A stretch of 64,000 nucleotides of DNA. Source: a virus (taxonomy: Duplodnaviria; Caudoviricetes). Below, piece after piece: positions 9,258 through 18,497 of the stretch. The notes beneath the pieces are model-generated. The model did not search any database, was not told where the DNA came from, and worked only from the letters and a program-made list of their open reading frames with translations. Positions within the stretch are counted from its first letter, which is position 1; each line of letters begins with the position of its first letter. A program made the position numbers and the translations under genes. Location of the stretch: positions 62,114 to 126,113 of IMG/VR virus record IMGVR_UViG_3300028833_000083. One strand, 5' to 3'.

Positions 9258-10337
9258 ATGGCAACGAATTTAGTACCCGCGCCAACTGGCGACGAACAAA
9301 AACTCGGTGTCGCAGAAATGCGTAAGCGGTATGATAAAATTGCCACTACGTATAATGAGATACTTGACTGCGACGTAATGCATTGTGCCAGATGTGATAA
9401 TTGGTATCGCAATACTGGAATGCATAAGGGATTTTATCAAGACTCCAGATTCAAGTCTGGGTTCTTTCCTCTCTGTAAAGAGTGCGTTCAGGCACTCGTC
9501 GAACAACGCAAGAGAGACGGAGACATCCCTAATGAGACAAAGGATAGTGTTAAGTTCATTCTTCAGCTAATGGATAAACCTTACTACGATGATTTATATA
9601 CAAAATGCGTAGACGGTGTGGACGCCAAGAAGAATGATCCAACTAATAGAAAAGTATACGTGTCACCTTTCAGCGTATATATCACACAGATACAAAGTTT
9701 GCCCCAGTATAAAGGGCGCAAATGGAAGGATAGTAAGTTCGGTAACTCAGAAGAACGCCCCGTAGAAGAACACTATGACGAGAGCGATGAGATATTTGTA
9801 AATGCAAAGAAACATTTCGGCAATGAGTATACACTGCCTGATCTGTATTATCTTGAAACAGAATATTCTGATTGGTGTGATAGGTATGAATGCAACACTA
9901 AAGCACAAGAGGAGTTGTTTAAGAATATTGCGTTTACTCAGCTTGAGCTACACAAGGCGCGTTTAAATAATGAGAACACTGATAAGTTGACTGCCACATT
10001 ACAAAAACTTATGGAGACTGGTGATATTACGCCTAAACAAAATAAGAATGATGTAACTGGTGGTGTTGAATCATTTGGTCAGCTTATACAGAAGTTAGAA
10101 GAAACACGTCCAGTGGCAGAGATAGATCCCGAACTTAAAGATGTAGATAAGATTGGCTTATATATTAGCGTGTATTTCTTTGGGCACTTATGTAAAATGC
10201 TTGGCATTAAGAATAAGTATTCCAAGATGTACGATGACTATATGCAGCAGTATGCTGCCACTCGTCCTGAATTTAGCGTAGATGAGGATTCGGAAGACAT
10301 ATTTAATAAAATCTATGGCGGTTCATTAGATGAGTGA
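9258..10337 (+). CDS. Putative terminase small subunit / packaging-associated Zn-finger protein
   Basis: CARC...CKEC Cys pairs; overlaps the start of the large terminase; function inferred from position. Confidence 0.55.
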   Translation: MATNLVPAPTGDEQKLGVAEMRKRYDKIATTYNEILDCDVMHCARCDNWYRNTGMHKGFYQDSRFKSGFFPLCKECVQALVEQRKRDGDIPNETKDSVKFILQLMDKPYYDDLYTKCVDGVDAKKNDPTNRKVYVSPFSVYITQIQSLPQYKGRKWKDSKFGNSEERPVEEHYDESDEIFVNAKKHFGNEYTLPDLYYLETEYSDWCDRYECNTKAQEELFKNIAFTQLELHKARLNNENTDKLTATLQKLMETGDITPKQNKNDVTGGVESFGQLIQKLEETRPVAEIDPELKDVDKIGLYISVYFFGHLCKMLGIKNKYSKMYDDYMQQYAATRPEFSVDEDSEDIFNKIYGGSLDE

Positions 10338-10537
10338 TAAGAAAAGTTTTTCACAGATACAACAAGAGAAATATGATAACCTGATGGAAGGCGTCAGCAT
10401 ATGGGCGGCGTTTTATCGTGCGAATCCTCAACGCTTTGCTGTTGACTTTTTAAATATACAATTAGGATTATTTCAAAAAATTTTGTTGTATGTAATGAAT
10501 ATGTGTACGGTCTTCAATTGGATCGCGAGCCGAGGCT
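10330..10537 (+). CDS. terL: Terminase large subunit, exon 1
   Basis: Ends ...WIASRG-T; splicing to 11827 restores Walker A ASRGLGKT. Confidence 0.85.
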
Positions 10538-11826
10538 TAACATGTTATTAGAGGATTTGGCGGATAGCCACCGCCCATCCTCTCTTTTATTTACAAGGAG
10601 AGGATATGGAAATATTAACTCTAGAAGACAAAGACTTTATTCGTAACCATTTAAAAGATTATACGAGTAAAGAATTTGCAGAACACTTTAACAATACACA
10701 TAATACAAACGTTTATAAAAGACAAATTATTAGCGAGTGGATATATAGTAATAATTTATTACCACGTCAAAAAAGAAGATCCTTGTTTTCTGATGAGGAT
10801 GTGCGTTTTATAAAAGATAATTATATGTCCATGTCATACAAAGAAATCTCTCAAGCGTTAGGTTATACTGAAAAACAAATAAGAAGTAAAGCAGAACATT
10901 TAGGATTGACTAAAACCAGAAGGTTTAACGATAGGTATTTTGAAAAGATAGATACCTCGTTAAAGGCATATTTTCTTGGCTTTATTTTTGCGGATGGATG
11001 GATAACACATACTCCATCTGGATCTTATGAGTTTGGAATGGAACTTAAAAGTGAAGACAGATATATACTTGATAGGATTAATGATGAACTTGGTGGATTG
11101 CACGAAGTAAAAAATCTTCCACCAGAAGATCGTATTATAAATAATCAAGTTATTCATAAAACAGAGAGTTGCGTTTTAAGAGTATATTCTAAACCGCTAG
11201 TAGAAGATTTAATTGCTAATAATATTGATTTCAATAAGACTCTTTCAGATAAATTTCCAATAGTGGATGATAATTATTTCTTTGATTATTTAAGAGGTTA
11301 TTTTGATGGAGATGGTTGTATTTATAATAATCGCGGTAGATTAAGAATACAAATAGTTTGTGCCATTAAAAGTACTCTTAATTATTTAAAAGATAAATTA
11401 AATCAATATGGAATACGAACAGAAATATATAAAGAAAGAGAACGTAAATATGTATTAGTGTGTGCAAATGTTGAAGATGTAAAAATGTTAATAAATAAGA
11501 TGTATTATTCATCTGATGTGTTTTGTTTGTCTCGCAAAAAAGATAAAGCAAAACCTCTAATAAATATCGGGTCTGTAACGTAGAAATACGTTATGAATAG
11601 TGGGCAAATACGGAGAACGCTGAGATGCCAACTCCGTGGTAACTTGTAGTGGTAAAAAACACAAGTACCGTAACGCATAGGTAGTGAACCTAATTATTAG
11701 AATATAATCTACCCAAGAGTGTCCGCCACCTTAACAGATAATGCTGAAGGTGAAAATGTATGCTGAACTTATGAGAATAACAATCATAAGATCCACAAGA
11801 TAAAAAGCTTGTGGGATAACAAATTG
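10538..11826 (+). mobile_element. Group I intron (IA-like) with the endonuclease ORF inserted in the P1 loop
   Basis: 5' splice after U of AGGCU, which pairs with GGUCU (~11569-11574); P2 with GAAA loop; P3 GUGGGCA/UGUCCGC; P4 ACGGAG/CUCCGU; P7 GCAUA/UAUGC; P8 CACCUU/AAGGUG; P9 stems; terminal G at 11826; splicing keeps the frame. Confidence 0.88.
10606..11583 (+). CDS. Intron-encoded double-motif LAGLIDADG homing endonuclease with N-terminal HTH-like repeats
   Basis: YFLGFIFADGW and YLRGYFDGDGC motifs; own RBS AAGGAGAGG. Confidence 0.9.
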   Translation: MEILTLEDKDFIRNHLKDYTSKEFAEHFNNTHNTNVYKRQIISEWIYSNNLLPRQKRRSLFSDEDVRFIKDNYMSMSYKEISQALGYTEKQIRSKAEHLGLTKTRRFNDRYFEKIDTSLKAYFLGFIFADGWITHTPSGSYEFGMELKSEDRYILDRINDELGGLHEVKNLPPEDRIINNQVIHKTESCVLRVYSKPLVEDLIANNIDFNKTLSDKFPIVDDNYFFDYLRGYFDGDGCIYNNRGRLRIQIVCAIKSTLNYLKDKLNQYGIRTEIYKERERKYVLVCANVEDVKMLINKMYYSSDVFCLSRKKDKAKPLINIGSVT

Positions 11827-13388
11827 TAGGTAAGACTTATCTGATTGCTCTCTACTGTGTAATTAGATGTATCCTTTACCCCGCTACTAAAGTATGTGTG
11901 GCGTCTGGAGTTAAGTCTCAAGCTGTCGAGATAATCGGCAAAATAGAGACCGACTTTATGAAGCTTCATGATTGGGGTAGTAGTAATCTCGCAAACGAAA
12001 TTGAAGACATAAGTACGTCAATAAATAATCCACACGTTGATTTTAAAAACGGATCTTGGATTAAGGTTGTTACCGCAAGTGATAATGCGCGAAGTAATCG
12101 TGCGACTATAGTTATTATAGACGAGTCAAGAATGGTAAAGAAAAAAATCGTAGATACAGTTCTTAGGAAATTCTTGACATCACTTAGGAAACCACCCTAT
12201 ATGAATCTTCCTGAGTATAAGAACAATCCTAAATATCAGGAAAGAAATATAGAAATGTATATGACATCTGCGTACTATAAGAGTTCGTGGATATTTGACA
12301 AATGCAAGTCTGATGCCGCTCTTATGTTGGACGACAACAAGAGATATTTTTGTTGTGGCTTACCATATGAAGTTGGTATCGAGGAAGGCATCTTCTCAAA
12401 GGAAGCCGTTGAGGATGAAATGTCCGAGGCAGACTTTGATCCTATATCATTTAGAATGGAGCGTGAAGCACTGTTCTATGGTGAAGCTGAAGATGCGTTT
12501 TATAAGTTTGATGAAGTATCAAGTTGTCGAGTAATCAAGAATGCATTTTTGCCTCTTGAGTTTTATGAAAAGCGTGGTATTAATGTGCCAGATCTTGCTG
12601 AAGGTGAACGCCGCATATTATCTGTGGACGTTGCACTTATGGCAAGTAAGGCAACCAACAACGATGCTACAGCGATGGAAATTAATATTGCTACGCCAAG
12701 TAATAATGGTATGGCATCGCATATTGTTTATGTGGAGACTTTTGAGGGTAAAACAACTGATGAAGTGGCTATTATAATTATGCGATATTTTAATCATTAT
12801 AAGTGTACCGATCTAGTACTAGATACGAATGGATTGGGTCTGGGCGTCTATGATTTCATTACTCGTCCGCAGTTTGATGCAGAAACTGGTGAGACATATG
12901 AGGCCATGTGTAGCTGTAATGATGCGGCCATGGCTGAACGTTGTCGTGAACCCAATGCAAATAAATGCGTGTGGACTATTAAGGCGTATGCACAAGAGAA
13001 CTCCGAAATGGCAACTGCGTTACGTGCGGGCATACAGACTGGTAATCTCTCATTATTGATTAGCGAATATGATGCTGAACAAGTTGTAAAGAAGGTATCT
13101 GGTTATGCGTCTATGACCGCAGAAGAAAAAGTTAAACTGCTTATGCCGTATGCACAGACTACCGCACTTGTTAATGAAATGGTTAACCTTGAAGGCAAGA
13201 TCATAGATAATAAGGTTAAGCTCAAGGAACATGCTGGAATGCGTAAGGATAGGTTCTCCAGTTTGGAGTACAACTATTATGTGGCGCAGCAGATCGGTCT
13301 TGAAATGAGACGTAGCGATTCGCAAACTAAAAATTCAATACTTGATATACTTTCTTCTTCCATGAGGAAGAGTTCTATTTTCAAATAA
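11827..13388 (+). CDS. terL: Terminase large subunit, exon 2 (spliced product 589 aa)
   Basis: Begins TA-GGT-AAG-ACT (L-G-K-T); Walker B IVIIDES; nuclease motifs SVDVA and KDRFSSL. Confidence 0.88.
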
Positions 13389-13398
13389 CCTCCGTTTA

Positions 13399-13428
13399 GC
13401 CACCATAGGTGTCAAAGCCTATGGTGGT
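13399..13428 (+). repeat. Conserved-loop hairpin, copy 1 (loop TGTCAAAG)
   Basis: GCCACCATAGG-TGTCAAAG-CCTATGGTGGT, 10 nt after the terL stop. Confidence 0.8.
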
Positions 13429-13516
13429 ATTTAAGGTGGTATAAAACCATAATACAATACGGTTTTGTAGTTTACTACTTTTAGTATTGTAAATAAAAAT
13501 AAAAGGACTAAATGTT

Positions 13517-13684
13517 ATGACTAAGGTTGAATTAAAAGATATTGTTGATGTGTTAGCACAAATGTATGACGACGTAATTGAATTGTACGATGGTGAAACA
13601 ATATATTCATTATCATTAGACGTTGCAATAAAAACACTTAGAGGTGCTGAGATTCGACCATATTATCTAGGCAATATACTGTGA
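13517..13684 (+). CDS. Small hypothetical protein (55 aa)
   Basis: AAGGA RBS; MTKVELKDIV...YYLGNIL; shorter than anything in the ORF track. Confidence 0.45.
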   Translation: MTKVELKDIVDVLAQMYDDVIELYDGETIYSLSLDVAIKTLRGAEIRPYYLGNIL

Positions 13685-13717
13685 TACATTTATTCTTTTT
13701 TAGATATGGAGTAAGTA

Positions 13718-14095
13718 ATGGCATATATATACAAGAATCCCAATCCGCATAAAAGATTAGTTGGAGACTGTGTTATACGTGGCATTTCAATACTTACTGA
13801 TAAATCGTGGCGTAATGTGTATATACAATTATTAGGCCAAGGTTATGAGATGTATGATATGCCATCGTCAAATGAAGTTTGGGGTGCATACTTAAAATCC
13901 ATTGGATATGTTAAGCGTATCATTTCTAACACATGTCCAGACTGTTATACAATAAAAGATTTTTGTCATGATAATCCTCGCGGCAAATATTTGCTGGCCA
14001 CTGGCTCTCACGTGGTGGCGGTAATAGACGGAGATTATTACGACACTTGGGACTCAGGTAATGAGATTCCCATCTACTACTTTTCAAAAGAGTAG
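13718..14095 (+). CDS. Papain-fold (C39-like) cysteine peptidase candidate
   Basis: NPNP...GDCVIR (C18), GSHVVAV (H98), YYDTWD (D109). Confidence 0.6.
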   Translation: MAYIYKNPNPHKRLVGDCVIRGISILTDKSWRNVYIQLLGQGYEMYDMPSSNEVWGAYLKSIGYVKRIISNTCPDCYTIKDFCHDNPRGKYLLATGSHVVAVIDGDYYDTWDSGNEIPIYYFSKE

Positions 14096-14163
14096 TACTG
14101 ATCATGATTTGTTATTGCGCTTAAGCGCTGTAATAAAAATATGATTTAAAGGAGGGTTCGCCT

Positions 14164-14586
14164 ATGAATCCATACGAACAAGCGCCGTATCCTAGATATG
14201 GCAATCCGTATCAATATGTACCACAGCAGGGCTATGTTGTGTCACAACAGCCTATACCGCAACCAGATTCAAATATAATTTGGGTACAAGGTACAAGTGG
14301 TGGTAATGCCTATCCATTACAAAGCGGAAAGAGTGCAGTATTATTTGATACAGAAGCAAAAAGATTTTTTATTAAAACTGTAGATGCAAGTGGAATGCCA
14401 CAAGCACTACGCGTGTTTTACTACACAGAAGAGACAGAAACGAATGAAAAAGAAACTCCAGCCATTGATACCTCTATGTTTATTACAAGAGAGGAATTTA
14501 CCGAAGCAATTAATTCTTTGAAAGATAGACAATATAACAACAATCAGAGAAAGGACGGTAATAAGAATGGCAAATCCACTGTTTAA
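14164..14586 (+). CDS. Hypothetical protein (Cys-rich operon gene 2)
   Basis: Q/P/Y-rich N-terminus; WVQG...FFIKTVDASGMP core; RBS AAGGAGG. Confidence 0.7.
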   Translation: MNPYEQAPYPRYGNPYQYVPQQGYVVSQQPIPQPDSNIIWVQGTSGGNAYPLQSGKSAVLFDTEAKRFFIKTVDASGMPQALRVFYYTEETETNEKETPAIDTSMFITREEFTEAINSLKDRQYNNNQRKDGNKNGKSTV

Positions 14587-14797
14587 TGAGCAAATGCAGA
14601 ACAGTCTTAACGCACAGTTTAATTCTTTTAGGACAAATCCTATAGGGTTTCTCGCACAGAGAAATATTAATATCCCTCAGGAATATGCCAATGATCCGCA
14701 TGGTGCAATTCAATACATGCTGAACAATAATAAGTTGTCGCAAGACAGATTAAACTGGGCTATACAAATTGCTCAACGAATGGGAATCCGACTTTGA
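14567..14797 (+). CDS. Small helical protein (operon gene 3)
   Basis: MANPLFN...; overlaps the previous gene. Confidence 0.65.
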   Translation: MANPLFNEQMQNSLNAQFNSFRTNPIGFLAQRNINIPQEYANDPHGAIQYMLNNNKLSQDRLNWAIQIAQRMGIRL

Positions 14798-14903
14798 TAT
14801 CTAATCACGCGCGCGCAAAGATGTGATTTGATATAGATAACCGACACTTCAAATGGAAGTGCCGCTCACCTAACAAAAGTTATTGGATGAAAGGAGTTTA
14901 ATT

Positions 14904-15626
14904 ATGGCAATTACTGATTCAGATGGAATGGTTATGCCCGTAGCACCCACTGGAGGTTCTGGCTTCGGAGGCTTTGGTGGTGGAGATGGTTGGCTGTTTA
15001 TTCTTTTCCTTATTGCTTTTATGGGCAATGGATGGGGTAACGGCGGATTCGGAGGAAATTCAGATTTTCCTTGGATCATGAATGGTCAGAATAGCGGCTT
15101 CAGAGACGTTATGAACAACGACAACATCAACTCTATCAGAGGAGACGTTGCCGCACTTTCCAGCCAGCTTTATTCCAGTCAGATGGCTGATATGGAGAGA
15201 AGTTTTGCAGCTCAGACCGCAAACACTCAGGGACTGAATGCGATCCAGTCACAGCTTGCTCAGTGCTGCTGCGATAATAGAGCAGCTACTGCCGATGTGA
15301 AATATACCATCGCAAATGAAGCTTGTGCTACTAGAGCTGCTAATGCTGCAAACACTCAGTCTATCCTCGACAAACTTTGCCAGCTCGAACTGGACGGCTA
15401 CAAGAGAGAGAATGACAACTTAAGAAGTCAGCTCAATATGGCTGCTCTTCGCGAATCTCAGACCGCACAAAATGCGTTCATTCAGCAAGGACTCGCTGAC
15501 GAAGTTGATCAGCTCTATAATAGACTTTCCAATTGCCCTGTGCCCAGCACTCCAGTATATGGCAGAACCCCCATATTCACATGCGGTAACGGATGTGGAT
15601 GTAATGGTGGCACCTCTTTAATTTAA
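14904..15626 (+). CDS. Gly-flanked hydrophobic segment + coiled-coil + CCC/Cys-rich protein (operon gene 4)
   Basis: RBS AAGGAG before ATG 14904; GGGDGWLFILFLIAFMGNGWG; QLAQCCCDNR; C-terminal CGNGCGC. Confidence 0.75.
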   Translation: MAITDSDGMVMPVAPTGGSGFGGFGGGDGWLFILFLIAFMGNGWGNGGFGGNSDFPWIMNGQNSGFRDVMNNDNINSIRGDVAALSSQLYSSQMADMERSFAAQTANTQGLNAIQSQLAQCCCDNRAATADVKYTIANEACATRAANAANTQSILDKLCQLELDGYKRENDNLRSQLNMAALRESQTAQNAFIQQGLADEVDQLYNRLSNCPVPSTPVYGRTPIFTCGNGCGCNGGTSLI

Positions 15627-15638
15627 GGAGGTGTAACT

Positions 15639-16115
15639 ATGGCTGAGTTTACGAAGAACGAATATCAGGTCGTTCAGCCCAATCAGCCCGTTACTCTTAA
15701 TACGAGTATCGGCTGCAATAAGGGGTATGTATATCACAGGAATGGTAGTGGTATTGTAACTCTCCGTGGCATTTCTAACAGTCCTTGTGGATTTGCTAGA
15801 TATCAGGTTACCTTTAACGGCAACATAGCAGTTCCCACTGGAGCTACCGTTGGGCCAATAAGTGTAAGCCTTGCACTGGACGGAGAGCCCATTCTCACTA
15901 GTAGGGCAATTGTTACACCCGCAGCAGTAGCTGCAGATCCTCCTACTCAGAATAATTTCTTTAATGTTACGTCAACTGCAATAATTGATGTTCCTAAATG
16001 TTGCTGCATGAATGTTAGCGTTGAGAATACTTCTGAGAGTGCAACACCCGCAACGGTGCCCGCACCCGCAATACTTGTTCAGAATGCCAATCTTACTGTT
16101 ACACGAATTGCTTAA
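15639..16115 (+). CDS. BclA-CTD/C1q-TNF-like beta-sandwich protein candidate (operon gene 5)
   Basis: Alternating beta pattern, ARYQVTFNGNI, CCC motif, C-terminal NANLTVTRIA. Confidence 0.55.
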   Translation: MAEFTKNEYQVVQPNQPVTLNTSIGCNKGYVYHRNGSGIVTLRGISNSPCGFARYQVTFNGNIAVPTGATVGPISVSLALDGEPILTSRAIVTPAAVAADPPTQNNFFNVTSTAIIDVPKCCCMNVSVENTSESATPATVPAPAILVQNANLTVTRIA

Positions 16116-16133
16116 GAGAGGAGGAAAGTTATT

Positions 16134-16448
16134 ATGATGGATGAATTATATGAACTTTGTAAAAATCTCAAGAAAGAGATCAGAAATTTAAACACAAAGA
16201 ATGACATCTCTCCTACTGAGCTTGAACGTGCATACAAAGCCGTAGATATTATCAAGGACATTAAGACCATCGAGGCTATGGAAGGTTATGGCGAAGATGA
16301 TGGTTACAGTGGTCGTAGATATTATTACGATGATGATATGAGGTATTCTCGTAGAAGCATGAATCGTAACGGCTATAGCGGCAACGAAGACAAGGAAGAG
16401 ATGATGCGTGAGCTTGAAGAGCTTAAACGCAAAATTGAAAGCATGTAA
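16134..16448 (+). CDS. Helical protein with a YS(R/G)-rich linker (operon gene 6)
   Basis: RBS GGAGG; charged helices flanking GYSGRRYYYDDDMRYSRR. Confidence 0.7.
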   Translation: MMDELYELCKNLKKEIRNLNTKNDISPTELERAYKAVDIIKDIKTIEAMEGYGEDDGYSGRRYYYDDDMRYSRRSMNRNGYSGNEDKEEMMRELEELKRKIESM

Positions 16449-16472
16449 TAATTAGGTGGGGATCCCGCCTTG

Positions 16473-16502
16473 GTCGTCGTGGGTGTCAAAGCTCACGACG
16501 GC
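16473..16502 (+). repeat. Conserved-loop hairpin, copy 2 (loop TGTCAAAG)
   Basis: GTCGTCGTGGG-TGTCAAAG-CTCACGACGGC with G-U pairs. Confidence 0.8.
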
Positions 16503-16544
16503 GTTTCTTGTAAATAATTTTCTAACTAAGGAGGACTAAATAAT

Positions 16545-17345
16545 ATGGATATAAGTTCATATTTGCTTTCGAGAAAATTTACGAAAGACAGTATTATTGG
16601 ACTCGGAGCGGTTAAAGGTGCTCCTTGTACTATAAAGAGTACTGAACATCGTGATGGAGTAACGTATGTAACGTTTGAGTGGACGACTGAAGATGGTAGC
16701 ACAAAGAGACAAGCAACCATTAATATTATCGACGGTGCTTCTGTACGTGTATGGGAATCTGGTACTCATTATAAATTTGGCGATATTGTTTTGTATGAGT
16801 CTGCATTTTATAAATGTACTTCTGCAAACAGTGATGCTGAGTTCGATGAAAACAATTGGGAAGATGTCGCATCTTTTAGTGGCGACTATGGTGTTGTGGA
16901 TAGATCCAATCTTCTCCCTGAGTTTACTGCTAATGATAGAAAGGTATATTATTCAATTGAGGATAAGACATTCTATCTTTGGAATGGCGAGCGCTGGGTA
17001 GCTCAGATTGTTGGCATTGATAATGCTGAAGATTATAGTACGGATGAAAAAGTAATTGGCTCATGGACAGACGGAAAGACCTTGTTCCAAAAGACAATTA
17101 ACTTTGGTAAGCTTCCCGCCAATGGTGATAAGTCTATTAGTTACGGAGTAAATAACGCATCCATTAAAAAGATATTTGGGTATGCAACCAACGGAACTGA
17201 TACTATAAATATACCTCACCCCGCAACATCATTATCAGAAGTTGTATCTGTTACTACAAATGCATCAGCAAAACTTTTAACGGCAACTACTGGTATGGAT
17301 AGAAGCAATTATTCTGCTTATATAACCATACAATATACAAAGTAA
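16545..17345 (+). CDS. Modular virion protein with a CBM5/12-like module
   Basis: N-terminus paralogous to 17458; WESGTHYKFGDIVLYESAFYKC; C-terminal YSTDEKVIGSWTDGK domain as in 6290. Confidence 0.65.
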   Translation: MDISSYLLSRKFTKDSIIGLGAVKGAPCTIKSTEHRDGVTYVTFEWTTEDGSTKRQATINIIDGASVRVWESGTHYKFGDIVLYESAFYKCTSANSDAEFDENNWEDVASFSGDYGVVDRSNLLPEFTANDRKVYYSIEDKTFYLWNGERWVAQIVGIDNAEDYSTDEKVIGSWTDGKTLFQKTINFGKLPANGDKSISYGVNNASIKKIFGYATNGTDTINIPHPATSLSEVVSVTTNASAKLLTATTGMDRSNYSAYITIQYTK

Positions 17346-17348
17346 ATC

Positions 17349-17380
17349 TTCGCGACTCGGTGTTAAAGCTGAGTCGCGGG
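17349..17380 (+). repeat. Conserved-loop hairpin, copy 3 (loop TGTTAAAG)
   Basis: TTCGCGACTCGG-TGTTAAAG-CTGAGTCGCGGG, 3 nt after a stop. Confidence 0.8.
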
Positions 17381-17457
17381 AAATGTTATCCTTGTTATCT
17401 TTTGATAGTAGGGATAATATTTTCTATGCATAAAAAAAATAGAAAGGAGATCAACAC

Positions 17458-18486
17458 ATGGATATCGTCTCGTATATACTTTCGAGGAAATATACTCAAA
17501 AGACCGTAGAAGGTCTTGGTGCTATTAAGGGTTCGCCGTGTACCGTTGAGTCTATTGTAGATATAACTGGTGGAAAAAGGATAACCCTTGGATGGGAAGG
17601 AACTTCGGGAACAAAGCAGACTCAGAGTTTTGATATCATGGATGGTGTAGATGGTGTATCTATAACATCGGCAGTGATTAATGAGCAAGGGCATCTTATC
17701 ATTCATTATTCAGACGGCACCAGTAGTGATGCGGGCGTAATTGTGCTTGATGCTCCAGTTAAATCTGTAAACGGTAAAACTGGCGATGTAGTTCTTACCA
17801 CATCTGATCTTGCTAATGATAGTGGTTTTACAACACAGACATATGTAGATACTGCGTTGGCGAGCAAGGCTGACACTTCTGATCTTAATGATTATGTCAA
17901 GAAGGAAAACGACAAGTCTCTTATGTCTACCGCCGAACATAATAAATTAGACGGAATAGAAAGTGGTGCGCAAAAAAATGTGCAAAGCGACTGGGATCAG
18001 AATGATAGTAGTAAGGATGATTTCATAAAAAATAAGCCAACTATACCCCCAACAATAATAGTAGATAGTGAATTATCAAGAACCTCTACTAATCCAGTGG
18101 AGAATAAAGTTGTTAAGGCTGCTATTGATACAAAGGCTAACAGTTCCGATTTAGACAATTATGTGCAGAAAGAAACTGGTAAGGGATTATCTACAGAAGA
18201 TTACACAACTGCCGAAAAAACTAAACTCGGCGGAGTTGAGACTGGCGCAGAAGTTAATACAATTGTTAGTGTTACAGTTGATGGTGTTCCAGCTGTACCA
18301 GATGCCAATAGAAATATTAATATAGCAACTGGCGGAGGAAGTGGCGGAACAAGTAACTACAATGCCTTGACTCATAAGCCTCAGGTAAATGGCGTAGAAT
18401 TGATGGGCAATAAGTCGCTTGAAGACTTGGGAATAGAAGGATTAACTACTGAACAATTAAATAGTCTTTTGGCTGCTTTTGATTAA
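17458..18486 (+). CDS. Fibre-like protein
   Basis: VKSVNGKTGDVVL, NVQSDW..D...FIKNKP, GKGLSTEDYT, NYNALTHKPQVNGVEL fibre motifs. Confidence 0.7.
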   Translation: MDIVSYILSRKYTQKTVEGLGAIKGSPCTVESIVDITGGKRITLGWEGTSGTKQTQSFDIMDGVDGVSITSAVINEQGHLIIHYSDGTSSDAGVIVLDAPVKSVNGKTGDVVLTTSDLANDSGFTTQTYVDTALASKADTSDLNDYVKKENDKSLMSTAEHNKLDGIESGAQKNVQSDWDQNDSSKDDFIKNKPTIPPTIIVDSELSRTSTNPVENKVVKAAIDTKANSSDLDNYVQKETGKGLSTEDYTTAEKTKLGGVETGAEVNTIVSVTVDGVPAVPDANRNINIATGGGSGGTSNYNALTHKPQVNGVELMGNKSLEDLGIEGLTTEQLNSLLAAFD

Positions 18487-18497
18487 GGAGATAGATT

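Noticed and set aside
10330-13388. Intein or two separate terminase genes
   Set aside because: The insert has stop codons and a full group I core, and splicing restores Walker A; the track's 11898 start is internal
13399-17380. CRISPR array or integron attC array from the repeated hairpins
   Set aside because: Stems are unrelated in sequence, spacing is kilobases, and no cas or integron integrase gene is visible
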